A DNA stretch of 64,000 bases from NCBI GenBank assembly GCA_965240325.2, contig OZ251224.1:4092001-4156000 (forward strand), read 5' to 3'. The stretch is from Rebecca billardiae RCC1528. Its lineage: Eukaryota > Protista > Haptophyta. The position numbers and the translations under genes are program-made. The stretch's first letter is position 1. Each line of letters begins with the position of its first letter. The notes under the pieces are model-generated. The model saw only the letters and a program-made list of their open reading frames with translations. It did no database searches and was not told the origin of the DNA. Below are positions 61,601 through 64,000 of the stretch, piece by piece.

Positions 61601-64000
61601 AACGCGGGCAGCACGGATGCCCACGCGCGCGTCGGCGGCAGGCCCGCGTCGAGCGCCGCCGCGGCCTTCTTGGCCTCGGCGTCGTTGCTCTCGGGCACGG
61701 TGGGCGCGGTGACGAGGAAGTCGAAGACCGAGCGCTCCGGGTCGAACCCCGGCGCCAGCTCGCGCACCACCGCCTCGTCCTTGAGGAACAGGTCGAACTT
61801 GGGCCGCGAGTCGTCGTGCAGGTTGCCGCCGAGCGCCCACACGAGCGCAAACAGGAAGATGCGGTTCACGTGCGCCTTCAGGTCCTGCCGGTCGGGCTTA
61901 ACGCCCATCTCGGGGCGGAGCAGCGCGTCGAGGTACGCGAGCAGCGAGCGCACCAGGTTCGCGTCGACCGACGCCACGCCCTCCTTGCACTCGTCGCGCA
62001 CGAAGCCGAGCAGCTTGCCGAGGTACTCCTCGAAGAGCGAGCCAAAGTGGCCGCCCCACTCGGGCAGCACGGCCGGCACGACGTGCTCGCACCACGAGTC
62101 GGTGTACGGCCGCCAGCCGAGGTAGACGGCCTCCATGTACACCATCCCGCAGCGCGACACCGTCGCCGGCGACGCGACCGCCAGGTCGTTCACCTCGAAC
62201 AGCATGTGCATCTGCCGCGTCAGCTTGATGCGCTCGCCGTTGGAGAGGCAGAGCATCTTGTTGTCGTCGAGCACCGTGTTCATGTTCTCGATCCAGATCG
62301 CGTCGACGGGGCCGTCGAAGACGATCCACTTGCGGTTGAGCGTCTCGTCCGCGACCGCGCCGCGCACCAGCGTGGGCACCAGCCCGTCCGTCCACTCCTG
62401 CGTGAACGCGTTCACCGCGCCGTACAGCTCGCCCATCGTGACCGACTTTGGGTTGAGCGTGTACTCGTGCGTCACCTCGTAGTGCGGCGACTCGTCGCCG
62501 TCGCGCTTGAGCTGCGTGAGCGCGGAGGCGAGCATCTTGTGGCAGCACGTCTTGCCCGTGAGCGTGAGCCCCACCACCATCACGCCGTGCCGCACCAGCA
62601 TCGTCTCGAACAGCTGGATGATCTTGGCGACGTACGTGGGCACGGGCTGCAGCCGCGCCTTGCTCATCTCGTACTCGATGGCCTCCTGCAGCCGGCCGTA
62701 GTCCACGTTCGGGATCTCGACGCCGGGGAAGAGGTCCTGGATGATGGACATGAAGAGCGGCACGTCCTCCGACAGGAACTTGGGCAGGTTCGAGTCGCGC
62801 AGCGCGCGGATCAGCACGATGTGCTCCTCGAGCTCGGGGTTGGAGCGCTTGAGCTGCCCCGCCATCACGAGCACCGACTTGACGGCGCGCATCCCAAAGT
62901 CGTAGTGGTCCTGCTTGGAGAGCTGCTCGGAGGAGAGCTTGTACAGCTGGGTCATCTTGTTCGAGAGCGGCTTCGCCTCGGCGAACCCCTCGGAGAACAG
63001 CATGATCTCCGCGATCAGCCGGTAGTCCGGGATCATCATCGCGACCGGCCGGAAGAGCGCCTTGAGGTTGTCCGGCAGCTCGGCGCGGCCCGCGTACCCG
63101 GGGTTCATCGTGATGAAGACGCCGTAGCCCTTGTTGAGCGGGATCTCGACGCCCTCGAAGACGAAGCGCTGCCGGTCCTCCGCGATCGCGTTCTGGATCG
63201 TCTGGATCTGCTGCGCGATCACCGAGAGCACCTCGATGTTGATCCGGTTGAACTCGTCGAAGCACGCCCACGCGCCCGACTGCGCGAGCCCCGAGAAGAA
63301 GCGGCCCATCATCTTGTAGTCGAGGCCGTCGGAGCAGTTGAAGACGACGCACTGGCACGAGAGCGCCTTGGCGAGGTCCTTCGTCGTCTCCGTCTTCCCC
63401 GTGCCCGCCGGCCCCGCCGGCGCGCCGCCAAGGCGCAGGTGGAGCGCGCCGGTGAGCGTCATGTAGCACTTGTCGGTGAGCGGCGTGATCACGAGCCGCG
63501 GCGTGTTGCCCAGGTACTCGTACCCGTTGACGAAGCGCGAGTTGGTCTGGCGGATGACGCAGTCCTCGTGCACGCCGTCCGCGTACGACACGAGGTCGTG
63601 CACCTCGCCCGCCCAGTAGTACCGCAGCTGGCGCTGCCACTCGAAGTCGTTCACCCACGAGGTGCCGAGGCCGATCATCACGCCGACCGTGTCACGCGCG
63701 TGCACGTCGATCACGAGCTTCGCGCCGAGCGTGGTGCGCTGGAGCGGCGAGAGCTGGCCGCGCACGAGCTTGACCATCTCGTTGATCTTGCCCACCCAGT
63801 CCGTGTTGAAGTCGGTGAGCGCGCCCGGCGCCTCGCCCGTGTGCACGCGGTCGAGCGCGACCTCGACGCCCGCCGTCCACGCGACCTGCCCGATCATCAG
63901 GATCGACTGCGCCGCGTACCCAAAGGCCCACTCGGCCATCGGCGTGCCCGCGCGCATGCCGGCGATGCACCGCTTGGAGTCCTCGTACAGCGAGACGCGC
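54025..64000 (-). CDS. Axonemal inner-arm dynein heavy chain, DNAH6-like (5' part outside the window); introns 57251-57453, 56967-57149, 56661-56878, 55985-56219, 55246-55783
   Basis: [54 protein letters not shown], stalk/[30 protein letters not shown]-terminal [11 protein letters not shown]. Confidence 0.95.
55425..55783. repeat. (CA)n/(CACG)n microsatellite at a dynein intron donor
   Basis: Direct reading. Confidence 0.95.

Overview
Very GC-rich eukaryotic nuclear DNA with short spliceosomal introns (mostly GTGCGC...GCGCAG, one GC-AG). It carries an axonemal dynein gene, so the organism is flagellated; the style fits a haptophyte alga such as Pavlovales/Diacronema (inference only). Most long ORFs in the track are antisense or off-frame shadows. 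Genes I can support, left to right: CCDC17-like (runs off the left edge, missed by the track), a TPR-like protein, a CASTOR/POLLUX-type cation channel, DIM1, a beta-lactamase-fold serine hydrolase, importin beta, a Pro/Asp-rich membrane protein, a GNAT-gluconokinase fusion, a frameshifted EsV-1-7 repeat gene, a kelch-like protein, an NWD/WD40 pseudogene mosaic, an EF-hand/WD40 protein, an unknown protein, TWO head-to-head paralogous TM + bacterial-like STING genes, a disrupted F-box/RCC1 gene, a RAP-domain protein, a GH1 lacking its nucleophile, and a DNAH6-like dynein heavy chain (runs off the right edge). Mobile DNA: a family with Helitron2-like ends (two full copies, one carrying an HTH + USP-protease fragment, and two solo 3' ends), a 2-kb CACAG-ended EnSpm-like element, a TA-flanked MITE, and possible tyrosine-recombinase relics. 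Best candidate for a new system: the divergent STING pair at 43274-45624, inside a TE-bounded accessory island. All family calls come from motif recognition by eye; no searches were run.
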